64,000 bases of DNA, taken from NCBI GenBank assembly GCA_028534125.1, contig CM052816.1, positions 73,410,001 through 73,474,000 of the forward strand, read 5' to 3'. Every line of letters starts with the position of its first letter. The first letter of the stretch is position 1. Origin of the DNA: Lama glama. Lineage: Eukaryota. The notes under the pieces were generated by a model. It worked only from the letters and a program-made list of their open reading frames with translations. It did no database searches and was not told where the DNA came from. This document shows, piece by piece, positions 39,444 to 51,152 of the stretch. A program made the translations under genes and the position numbers.

Positions 39444-40170
39444 TGTATGGATAAGGAGGAGCATTTGAGGAAGATTTCCCTGGAAAAGTCGTCCTGTGAT
39501 TCCTAATTCCTCCACCCTAAGGGTGGGGGCGGGGGAGCGGGAAGAGGTGGTGGAGGTGAAATGGTGAATGTTTGCTCCCTTAGAGGGATTTGGCTTCCAC
39601 AGGACAACAAGAGTGTTTCTTTTCCCATGGGCTGAGGCGTGACTCCTGCTTGAGACATTGTCAGGATGCAATTAAGGCTAACTAACAGGTGGTGGTGGAG
39701 GAGGCAGGAGTGTGCCTGCCGCTGCCTCAGGATCGGACCGCCCTTGCAGGGTTTGTATAGGTCTAGGTTTTACTTCTCTTGGACCAGATGTGGACCATAT
39801 GGACAGAGAGCAGGACTAGGGCCATTTTAAATTCTACCCCAGAAAACTGCCTTGAGAGGGGAAGAATGAGGAGGACCAGTAGAATGAGCTATGTGGTGCA
39901 GACCACCTGCAAAGAGGAGGCTGTAGGAGGACCCCTAAACCTAAGGAAAGGAATGTATTGCCTTATGCTTGAGAGATACAGGTGAGAGATCCAGAATCTC
40001 AGATCCAAGATACAAGAGCATCAGCTTTAAACATCTGCCAGAGGCAGAGAGCACAAAGCTGCCCAACCAAGAAAGAATTGCCCTATCTCATTCTTCCTTC
40101 CTTCCTCACTGACAGTCCTCATTCAATGCTGGCTGACCAAGCAAGCAGCTATCAAACAGAAAGTAGGTAT
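39444..40170. mobile_element. Possible ancient LTR (Gypsy-like, family uncertain)
   Basis: Abrupt G-rich block starting 'tgtatgg' within an A-rich L1; family assignment is only a guess. Confidence 0.3.
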
Positions 40171-40911
40171 CTTTTAACCAAAAGAAAATGTGCTAATTAG
40201 TATAAATACTGAGGAAAAATAAACTTTTATGTAAAAAGCATTAGTGCACATTAAAGGATATAACATGATGATAAATGGAACAAACCACTCGAAGACAAAC
40301 TCATCATGTAATTGTATGCACTTAATAATGTGATACTGAAATACATCAAATAAATAATACATCAAATCAAAGTAATAGCATTGCAAGGACAAATTGAAAA
40401 ATAAAGAATCTTACTAAATATTTCTTTACAAGTTATAAATCAAAAAGCAAAAAATAAGTACAAAGAAGAATAACATACTCATCTACCAATCCAACAGTTA
40501 TATGTGGGAATTTCGTTTTGTAAAAAATAAAGAATACACCTTCTTTCCAAGAACTGGAATATTTACTTAAATTGATCAAAAAAATGATTAAAGGAAAACA
40601 GGATAAGAGCAAATAAATATTACAAAGGAAGAAGAGAATGTAATTTTAAAATACATGAGGCCATAATTTTAAAATACAAGGAAATTCTATAAGCAACTTG
40701 ATGCCAGTAATTTTGAATTCTTAGATGAAAAAATAGGAGAACTTACTCATTTTTGAGACTAGGGAAAAAAACCCAGTGTTCAAAGCAGAACTAAATGTCA
40801 ACTTTCCTTACATGCAAAAATCCTAAATAAAATATTATCAAATTAAATTCAGAAATGTCAGCGAAAGAAATCATGACCAAGTCGGTTTTCCAAATAATGC
40901 AAGGATGATGC

Positions 40912-41466
40912 TGATGAGGATTAGGGCAGGCAACTCCGAGATGGGCCATCTGGCAGGCAGATTATTTCAAGCTGAAAACAAGTAAGACCCAAAAGCCTCA
41001 GGAAGAACCTTTGAACTTTCCCCTAAATGCCTAAAAAAAATTTAAGATAGAAGGCCTATTCCAGGAAGGAGCTATTACCATAGATAACTACGGTGAAGTA
41101 TGAACTAGGTGAGGCAGATAGGGAGGAACCTCGCAGGGTCCATTTGATCAAAGTCCTCTTTTTGTCCCATTGTCTCTAGATGGCCCAGCAAACATTTGTT
41201 TAATAAACATTCATTCTTTTTATCTTCCTGTAAATTATTTTACTTCCTTCTAAGTTCCATACCCCTACCTCCTTCTCCTTAGTCCAAAATGACATGTGTA
41301 ACGTCATCTTGCCATACTAATCTTTGGAATTCTTCAAGCTTATGTGAATTCCCCGTACCTATGTGATAAATTTGATATTCTCAAGTTAGTCTGCTTTCTG
41401 TCATTTTAATTATTTGACCAGCCAAAAGAACGAAGAGAAGGGGGAGAATATTCCCCACCATGCACA
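40912..41466 (+). mobile_element. ERV1 solo LTR (MER34/MER39-like) inserted in L1 ORF2
   Basis: TG...CA ends; 'gattatttcaagctgaaaaca', 'ccaggaaggagctattaccatagataac'; L1 sequence resumes on both sides. Confidence 0.75.
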
Positions 41467-43002
41467 ATTGTAAATTAGAAAATCGATTACTCTGAGATAG
41501 TTTGTGAATGGATTAAGATGGAAAAATTCTATGGCTTTGTCAATGTTTGCTATATAGCATTCAATACAACTACTCATTTGTGAGTAAAAAAACAGTCTTA
41601 ATCATCTAGGAACAGAAACACTTAGAGTAAACATTGCATTTAATGGTGAAACTTTAGAACCGTTCCCAATAAAGTCAGGAAGGATTCTTTGAGGTACTAA
41701 TGAGGCCAAAAAAAAAAGTTAAGAAAACTGGCCTTAACGATGAAATAAAGGGGCATTTCCTTTTCTCAATAGCTCTGTGAATGGGCAGCCCACACAATCC
41801 ACACACAGGCTTTCTATTGATGGCAATGGGATTAGTGTGAGGTTTAAATACAAAACAAGCAATTAAGATCCCCCCTTTGTTTAAAAGAGTTCCTATGCAA
41901 GATGTTAAAGAGGGGCGTGAGCTCTGTCCAGTCTGTCGGAGAGACAAGCCCTCACGTTTAAAACCTTATGAACTCTCTGGGTGATCAAATTTGGTGCACT
42001 AATAAGTCAGGCTGGGCAACGTAAGTCCTAAACATGAACGTTTTTCAATTTTAAAAGCTTTCTTATGGTCATTAAACATTTCAGACAAATACTCATTATG
42101 AACTAATTGGTAGCAAATGTTCATTTGAAAACTTAAGCTGGCTTTGAGTTATAGTGGTTTGGTTTTGAGACTTAAAAACCAAAATAATGAGAAAAATTGC
42201 GTGAGCATCTTTGCATGCTTAAAAACTTCAATAGGCAAAACCTATTGTTTTTTAGATACCAACTCTGAATAAAGTCAGCCTTCTAATCCCAGAGTTAGGG
42301 AGGTTTCTCTAAATTCCTCATATCCTGAAGGAAATTTCTTCTGATGTCTCCTCCCTTTTCCCATTGTCACTCTAGATCTGTTGAGACATGTTCGTGAAAT
42401 TCTCCTTAAGTTTTGAAATCTTGAGGATTAGAAACAGGCATTTTCTACAGAGATGCCTGCCCATTCTTAGGATTCCTTTACCATCTCCTGTTGTTCTACA
42501 GAAACAAAATTTCTGCAGCATCATGGTAAGGACTAATCTAAGCATCTCAGTAATTTTCTTCTCATCTAGTGATACCAGATTCTTCAGGCTGCGTGATTTT
42601 TTTTTCTTTCATTGACTCTACATTTGTTCTTGCATAACACTGTTCTCACTTTTTATCAGATGGCAGGGAGAAGAGGACAAGATACCAGGGGCAAATCTGT
42701 TTGATCACAAACACAGTTTTTTACACACACACACACACAATGTCTGACCTGCCATTTCTTTTCTCTGAGCCTTCTCCCTGCTACTCTGTTCTTATCACCT
42801 CCTTTAAATCTTGGCTTAAAACACATCTTCAGAGGCCATCTTTTATTTGCTTTACTTAATCTGATAAGTATGCTATATTCCTCAATTTAAAATCTAATTT
42901 TTGGATTTTGATTTTGAAATCATTGTCATAAACACTGGTTGAATAAACACATTTTATTTTTGTATATTCTATAACACTTCCAGCTTGATGCATGACTTAT
43001 GC

Positions 43003-43145
43003 CTTCTTTCTTTCCCTCTTTTTTTTCCTTTTTTTATTTCTCTCTTTTCTTACTCTCATTTTTTCTTTCTTCCTCCCTCCCTTCCTTCTTTCTTTCCTTT
43101 CTTTCTCTCTTTCTTTTTATGTCCCTCCTATTTTCCTTCCTTTCT
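43003..43145. repeat. CT-rich low-complexity tract
   Basis: About 140 nt that are almost entirely pyrimidine (ttcc/cttt units). Confidence 0.9.
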
Positions 43146-44229
43146 ATACCATCCTATTTTATTTCTAGAACTGTAAGTTCTTTAGAAATATTTGCCTAAC
43201 TATAAATCCAATTTTTATTTGGGAGATATTATAAAACTGATTAGAATACACAAGAAAGTTGATCATAAATTATTCAGAGGCAATATAGGAAAAAGGAAAG
43301 ATCCTCTAACTGATCTGCTTCAGTTTAGTTTCCTTAAACTGTTTCCGCAAAAAGTTTATTAGCATACTACTAAATCCCACTATAACTTCTCTATCTCACT
43401 TATTTTACAAATAAATATTTCATCTATTCCTTTAACAAGTCTACTTTGAAGAGTAATTGCTTTCACTGCGACCACAAAAAGTCATAAACGTTTATGCTGA
43501 AAAGTTACAGATCATTAAGTAATAATCGGCATATATAAACTATCTGATTTTCTTCTTGTAATTATCTTTCCATGGTTTAATTTAACTGTTACTGTGTTGA
43601 TCAATTATTCTTTTTTATCTTCATCTGGGATATTTTTCCTTTCCTCTTTGTTAGGCTAACTAGTTTGCCATCAACAAATTCTTTCCCCTTGCTATTCTTG
43701 TTGTTAATATACTTGAATTATCTGATCCCAATTACCCCCATAGGAACACCCTTATAACACCTTTCTGTATTCAGAATTCACTATCCATTCTCACTTTTCA
43801 TTCTATTTCATATCAACTACAAAATTCGTAATTTGACATCTGTTTTTTGCCCCCATGTACCAACTACCATTCAAATGTCTCTTCAAAGCAAATTAATTTA
43901 AAGCACACTTTCAATAACACAATAAATTCTGTTCATAAACGGGGCATGATGTACAAAAATTAAAATAACTTACAACACTGGAATTACATAGCATGGCAAA
44001 GTTCTCAGTTTACAGAACCATATAAAACCAAAACTGATTGGGAGATCAGCAAAGTTCTGTATCTCCTGATCTTTATTCCTGAACATTTATACATATTCTT
44101 ATTGAGTGAAATGTCAGGCAGAATTGCCCACACTGTTTAAATAATAGAAATAATTGTGGTTACTGTTATTGATAATAATGAGAGCATATAACTGAGTTCA
44201 AGTAGGTTAAAGGCACATGTTGTGTATCT

Positions 44230-45975
44230 TGATCATACTCCACTGAAATTGCCCATGCTGAAATCACTAATGGATTTTTTTCAGTTACTGGAACTCTGCT
44301 GTAGTTAACACCACTGGCCACTTTCTCCTTCTATTAATACTATGGTTCCTTGGTTTCTAGGATACCATTCCTTTCTGATTCTTCTGCTACTCCTGGGATA
44401 CTTATACTGAGTCATGGTGGGTTTCTCCTTCTGAAACCAATTCTTAAATATTACTGTTTCTTGGATTCTTTTCTCTGTTACTTCTCTTACCTCCTCACAG
44501 TGTCAGCTACCATCTTGATTATCCTGATTTCCAAACGTAGAATCTCTAACCTGAGCTTTTGACTTGGATGTCTTACTGTCCACTTAACATAGCCACCTGG
44601 ATATCTCAAAGGTACCTTAAAACGAGGCTCATGATCTTTGCTCAAACCTTCTTCTACAACATTCCTTCATCTTTTAATAATTCTACAGTTTGTTCCATGT
44701 CTAAATCCAGAAAACTCAGTCATCTCGGCTTCCTTTTATGCCACCAAACCCTATATAAAATTAATCTCTACATTCTGTCAATACCACCTCTTGAATAGTT
44801 CTAAACTCTGTTCCCCTTTCTTTGGCTACTGTCTTAGTTCAAACCAACATTGTCTCTTTCTTGGATTATGACAAGAGATTCCTCACTGGTCTCCCTGATG
44901 CCAGGGAGCTGCAATAATGCCAGCTGCAATAATGCCACCAGGATAATCTTTTGAAAATACTTAATATAATATTATTATAGTTTAAATTGTGTCTCCTCCA
45001 AATCATATACTGACGTGCTAACTCCCAGTACTTCAGATTGTGAATTTATCTGGAAATATGGTCATTGCAGATGTAATCAGTTAAGATGAGGTTACAATGG
45101 AGTTGGACGGGCCTCTATCTATTATGACTGGTGTTTTTATAAAACAGGGACATTTGGACCAGACATATGTTCATGGGGAGAACACTATGTGAGCATGAAG
45201 GCAGAGGTCGGAATGACACATCTACAGTCAAGGAATGCCAAAAATTATGAGCAAACCACCAGAAACTAGGGGAAGGCATGGAACAGATTCTTCTTCTCAG
45301 CTCTCAGAAGAAACCAATCCTGCCAACACCATAAGCTCAGATTTATAGCCCCCAGAACTGTGAGACAATAAATTTCTGTTGTTTAATCCACCACTCAGTT
45401 TGTGGCAATCTTTTAGGGCAGCACTGAAAAACTGATACAATAATCCTACATTATTTCTATGCTCTAGATTTTTAAACTGTCCAGTGTTACCCATTGTCTA
45501 TGGTATCAAATGCAAACGGTGTAACATGTAAGACCTAACATGATTTTGGCTATTTTTACCCCTTTACTTTTGTTTCTCATCACTTTTCTGTTTACTACAC
45601 TTCATTTCTCTCAATGTGACAGGCTCTAAAGTACTTTTGTATTTGATAGCCTTCTGCCTGATGCTTTCCACCATCATTCCCTGGGTAATTTCAACCTATC
45701 TATTAAAACACATGTATGGCAACTCATTCTCTGTTAATTACTTCAAGGCAGTTAGATTTCTATCCTCTCTGTTCCATTGGATTCCCTCCCCCTCCTCTTC
45801 TGTGGTGCTTACCAGGGTGCTTTTCAGTCTTCATTGACTCTCCCTATTCCCCTACTCATCCCCTACACAGTGAATTCTTTAAGAGAAGAGATTTTGAATG
45901 ATTTTGAAGACATTTTGACAGATTCACCTGGCACAGGAGAAACTTGACAAATATTTTGAACAGATTAATGAGTCC
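44230..45975 (+). mobile_element. L2 LINE, interrupted by MLT1C
   Basis: 'tctcttggattatgacaagagattcctcactggtctccctg'-like L2 motif at about 44855-44898, 'cacctggatatctcaaaggtacctta', 3' end 'cctggcacaggagaaacttgacaaatattttgaacagattaatga'. Confidence 0.75.
44973..45439 (+). mobile_element. ERVL-MaLR solo LTR (MLT1C-like)
   Basis: 'ggtcattgcagatgtaatcagttaagatgagg', 'caaggaatgcca...accaccagaaactagg', 'ccagaactgtgagacaataaatttctgttgttt', ends 'actgataca'. Confidence 0.9.
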
Positions 45976-46659
45976 AAGTATTCCTTAACCCTCTCTCTAC
46001 ACATTCAGAGACATTCTCTTTCTCACCAGGGTGCCTAGGTATTTAATGCATCCATATTTAGCTATTCCACTTTATAGTTAAAAGGCTGAAATTTTTGTTA
46101 TTTTGTTTTAATTAATGATTTTTTAAGCTGATAATTATTTACAAGCAAGAGAAAGAACATGTTATGAACATATCTTTAAAGTCCTGTTGACCAGGATTCA
46201 TAAAATTTTTAACATTCATTTGCAGAAAATCATTAGGCAAGGGAATAAAAGTAAAAATGGTTTTACCCTATCAAATGTTTTTCCAACTCAGACCTTTGGT
46301 TTAGAGACTAATTCCAAACTGTACCTCACAGCAGTGGGCAATACTTGAAGTTTAAAATGAATTTCAATAACCACACAATGTTCTTGGCTAGAGGTGCAAT
46401 GCTGTAGAAGCAACACTGTCAAATGGATGGAGAAAGGAAGACAAACTGCCTAATACAACATTGCACTTAATATTTGTTTAGCAAATATTTGCTTTAGCAA
46501 ATAGAAGTGTGACAGTTAATAGACACAGTTCCGGACATAGGTGATATATTTTCTTAGAAAGAAATTTAATATAATCATAATCTCACTTACCAAATGTTTC
46601 TGCATTGAATATCTCTACTGCTGGTATCAGATTTTAACATTACACTCTGTGCAGTCAGG

Positions 46660-46850
46660 ATCATAGAATGTCAAGCTGAAAAGAAGAACACAGGTTTTCT
46701 AATTAAAATCCTCAATTTTATATTAGATTGCTAGGACCCAGATAGGTTAAACAACTTGCTCAAGTTTATGTAGCTATTTAGTAGGTGGAGAAAGATTAGA
46801 ATCCAGATTTCTGACTACTTGTGAAATGTTCTTTCTATTCTACTATATTG
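46660..46850 (-). mobile_element. MIR fragment
   Basis: 'gacccagataggttaaacaacttgctcaagtttatgtagcta...gattagaatccagatttctgact'. Confidence 0.65.
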
Positions 46851-48169
46851 TCTCTATTGAAAGGAAAATCCATTAACAACAAAAGTTAAGAAAAAAATAC
46901 ACTCTACTCTTCTATCACATGAAGAACACCAGTGTGTCATAAACTATTTCACATAAGAATGTAAGTCTACATCATACATTTCACTAATCTAAAATTATAT
47001 TAGCTGTAACAGTGAACATGGATTTGTGAAATATGATTTGGTTGGTCCTTGTCTCTTTAAAAAATTATGTAAGATAGTTTGAACTATGATATTTTCTTCT
47101 CAATTAACATCCACATGGAAAGTAAATGCCTCAAGGTCATGTCACTGACTATCCCTTTATAAAGCAATCATTGTGGAATATAAATATGTGAAGGCATCAT
47201 GAAAATTTTATGTATTTCGAGAACTCAAAGATCTGCATTGCTGTGAGACCTAAAGGTTGCTGCCCTTTTCTGTTTCTCTATTGCATGTAATTTCAGAAAG
47301 GAATTTGCTTATTCTCAATATTTTGTTGAGGACAAGAACATTTGTATACCCTGAATCTGGAGAGGTGTACCTCACGCATAGTAGATAATCAATAAATATT
47401 TGTGTGCTTGAAAAAGTTAATACTGAGGAAAATAAACCAGATCCTTTTTAGACGAGGTCAAGGAATAACTTATAAACACACTATTAAATAAAATTACTAA
47501 AGAGACAATTACTATAGAGACCTCTCTGCCAAAGGTTCTACACTTTGACTCCCTAGAGTAATAATGCATAACAATTATTACATTTGGAAAATCAGTTCTA
47601 AGAAAGATGTGTCACTATTTTGCTTACTATAAGGCTTCACACTATGGCCTGCCAACTAATTCGCCTCTCAAAGCTGAGTTTTCCTTTTGTTATTTGATTA
47701 ATATAATTCTGATAGAAAATACCTTTTAAGAAATAAATGTTCAAAATAGTAGTATAGTTGGGGTTAGGATTCCTGGATTCTGGCCCCAACTCTGTTACCA
47801 ACAAACCACATAACTATAACAAGCTTATTGAACAATCTAAACCCTGTGGGGTACAATCAATACAATTTTTTCCAACATCTAGCCTAATCCACATTGATTA
47901 ATGATATTTTGGTGAGACCTCTAGATTTTTATGTGATACAAAGAGTCTCATTTTGGTCATTAAGGCTCATTTTTTCTGCTGCAAAATTTAGTGCAGTCCA
48001 CTTTAAATGTCAATTCTCATTTTGTATCCAAATGAGTATCTGTCTATCTGCCTTCTAAGTTTAAATGTGAACCATACTGCAGAGGAGAAAAGTAAGAGAC
48101 GGTCCTTTGCTCTTTTACTCTTTCTAGATCTTGCATTACATTTTTCTGACTCACTCCTCTGACTCTAAT

Positions 48170-48265
48170 TTAATTTTTACTTTTCCCCTGGGGCACTGGA
48201 GATTGAATCCAGGACCTCATGCATGCCAAGCATGGGCTCTACCCCTGAGCTCTAGCCCCGACCCC
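48170..48265 (-). mobile_element. tRNA-Ala-derived SINE (camelid Vic-1-like)
   Basis: Reverse complement 'ggggctagagctcaggggtagagcccatgcttggcatgcatgaggtcctggattcaatctccagtgcc' with Pol III A/B boxes; flanking 'ctgactcta'/'ctgcctcta' is TSD-like. Confidence 0.8.
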
Positions 48266-48529
48266 GCTTCCCTGCCTCTAGATATCCAACATTTCACTGG
48301 TATTCTGGGGAAGAAATAGAATGTGGGAGGAAAAGGAACAAAAGTCTTATATATTTACCTTATTGACAAGTAGCCATAGTTGGCCCCAATGGGCAGGGAC
48401 TCAAATTCACACTCTTAGGGGATATCCTTATGTGTCTTCGGAGGCCTGCATAGAAAACATTCATCCTATTCTCCCACTGATGTCCTTTCTGGATGACCAT
48501 ATGTCATAGTTTGCAAGGGAGAGCAGTGG

Positions 48530-48850
48530 CATAGTCTCAAGTCTTAGTGGCTTATAGTAACAATAGCTTATATTTAACATGTCTTCTGCTTGTTAGCTTA
48601 ATCATTTCTCCCAGCTTCTTCGTTCAGGGACTCATAAGGAAGAAGCGGCCCTTATCTGGGACTTGCTGCTGCCATTACAGAAGGAACAAAAGACAACTCT
48701 AAAAGTTTTACTTAAGCAGTATTACAAGCCACTTCTGCTCACACTCCTTTAGCAAAGTGAGTCAATGGGGAAGCCTAGAGTCTATAGGGCAAAAAGCATG
48801 ATCCTTTCATAGGTAGCAAAAGAAATATTCTACGCAAATAAAACCACCTT
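48530..48850 (-). mobile_element. ERVL-MaLR LTR (MLT1J/K/L-like)
   Basis: 'tcttagtggcttatagtaacaatagcttatatt', 'cacttctgctcacactcctttagcaaagtgagtca'. Confidence 0.6.
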
Positions 48851-50496
48851 CCACCAGGACCCTGTACACCCTGACCTCTTCCATCTTTAGCTCCAGGAAA
48901 TACACTTCCATAGCCTTTGGTTATTGACCAGGGCAACTTCGCTCTGTCATGTCATGCTCTTGTGGGAAGTATTTTCAAGATGGCTCCAACATGGCTACCT
49001 TTCACTACACCTACTTAACCCCTGGTATCTGTTCACAGCATCACCTTGGCACTTGGAATCTGCTCATGATATCTATTTGGTCCTAGAGTCATACATTATT
49101 TTCATGCCAAATAATGAGAAGGCATGCAGTTTTTCTGTTACCATCTCTTCTCACCTTAATGTTGGGAGCTGCTTTAACCTGATCTGCACAGCTAAAAGTA
49201 TCCAGGAATAAGCAGGAACTAGAATATATATTTTGTCTGCCCTTGAACTCAGGATTTCAGTTTCTCCAAAGCACTTTCCTATCATAATTGATTCTGGTGC
49301 ACCAAGAGTTAGGCCTAAAAGTGTCTGATGCCAGTGTTCCCTTGTTGAAGAAACTCTTGGTTTACTATTAGGGATTCTCTTGAATCCTTTGTTGAGTGAG
49401 TAGGAGAGCAGCCACTGTTCTTTCCTTAAAGAAGAAAGAAGATGAAATGCTACCAGACTTCCCACTAGGCTGAAAACTTATGAAATTCATAAACCCATTC
49501 TTTATTAAGTTCTAGTCTTCTGTTTATTTAGCCTAAGAGTCATCTTAAGGATGAGAGTTGAAGGACCCAGTTGGTCACCTCTTCTTTAGCCCTGGAGGTG
49601 GTATCTGGTATCTCCTTGAAACTCTTTGGAATATGGAGATTCTTATTGCTTCTAGCTTTAGGATTTTAGCTAAAAACCAGACACACATGCATCCTCCTTC
49701 AATATCCTTTTTATGTAATCATGAACAGGTAAATTAACCTGTACAGGACTTAGTTTTCTGAAGTGGGAAAGAGCACTGAACTGTAGAGCAATCTAAGTAG
49801 TGTCAAAATCAGTAAGAAAAGTGGGGACATATTTTGAGGAGGAGATAAGACACTTTGATCCTGGACTTGTTTGCATTCTAGTAACTAAGGGTAGAATTCT
49901 TTTGTAAAGCAGTAAACACATTTTTTGAACCACTGAACTTTTGCCTTCATTTTAGAATGGCATCCTTTGACTAAATGAAACATGCCTCCAACTGTACCAA
50001 TCAAATATGTAGGTCCCTATTTGGCCAATTTAAAAGCAGTTCCAATTTTGTGAAAATCATAATGCTTATACTTCAGAATTTTCCATTGTCAATTATGCCA
50101 TTCACATTATAAGAAATTGACTTCATTTAAAATGAAGAAAAGATTTTAAATTAAGTCACAAAAGATTTAGAGAACTTTAAATTCAGTTCGGTTCTTTGAA
50201 ACTACAACTGATAAAAAAATTTATTTTGCCAACTTCAGTTTGTGTTACATTTTTAGTTTTTTTTAAATATAGGTATTTTGTAATTTCCATTGCCTTTCTT
50301 ATTAAAAAAAAAAAAGCTTTCTGATGGGGATTTTGGATGTAAAGCTTCCTGAATTAAATGTATCCTGCAGAGGTTGGTTTGTGCATCATGCTTACCCTTT
50401 GTGACTGACACAAGGTACATCAGATATGATGCACACTCCAGAGCTCTCGTCTATCATCAGGTTGTACACATCGCATATAACTCAAAGGAAGTCATA

Positions 50497-50630
50497 CTGG
50501 GCTTATATCTGGAGGGAACTCAAATTCGAAAAGATACGTGCACCTCAGTGTACATAGCAGCACTACATACAATAGCCAAGACATGGAAACAACCTAAATG
50601 CCCATCGACAGATGACTGGATAAAGCTGTG

Positions 50631-50680
<50 letters not shown>

Positions 50681-51152
50681 GAATACTACTCAGCCATAAA
50701 AAAGAATAAAATAATGCTATTTGCAGCAACATGGATGGACCCAGAAATTGTCATTCTAAATGAAGTAAGCCAGAAAGAGAAAAATACTATATGATATCAC
50801 TCATATATGTAATCTAAAAAAAGAAAGAAAGAAAAAGACACTAATGAATTTATCTACAAAACAGAAACAGACTCACACACAGTTAACAAACTTATGGTTA
50901 TCCAGGGAGGAGAGGGGATAGGAAGGGATAAATGGTGAGTTCAAGATTTGCAAATACTAACTACTATATATAAAATAGACAAAAAACAGATTTCTTCTGT
51001 ATAGCACAGGAAACTATATTTAATATCTTGTAGTAACCTATAATGAAAAAGAATATGAAAACGAATATATATGTATATATATGTATGACTGAAATATTAT
51101 GCCATACACCAGAAATTGACACACTGTAACTGAGTATACTTCAGTTAAAAAA
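50497..51152 (+). mobile_element. 5'-truncated camelid-type L1 with 13-bp TSD
   Basis: ORF2 tail (IAKTWKQPKCPSTDDWIK), 3'UTR and poly-A; TSD 'aaaggaagtcata' (50484-50496) / 'aaaggaattcata' (51153-51165). Confidence 0.92.
50633..50678. repeat. (AC)n microsatellite, about 23 units
   Basis: Uninterrupted AC run inside the L1. Confidence 0.95.

Larger units (their letters stand above)
38200..41690 (+). mobile_element. Ancient degenerate L1 (L1ME/HAL1-like ORF1 to ORF2 remnants) with nested insertions
   Basis: A-rich; L1 motifs 'aaaaatcctaaataaaatattatcaaattaaattcag', 'catgaccaagtcgg...atgcaaggatg', 'tttaatggtgaaactttagaaccgttcccaataaagtcaggaa'. Confidence 0.65.

Noticed and set aside
42985..43199. 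Phe/Ser/Leu-rich ORFs resembling transmembrane segments
   Set aside because: Translation of a CT-rich low-complexity tract
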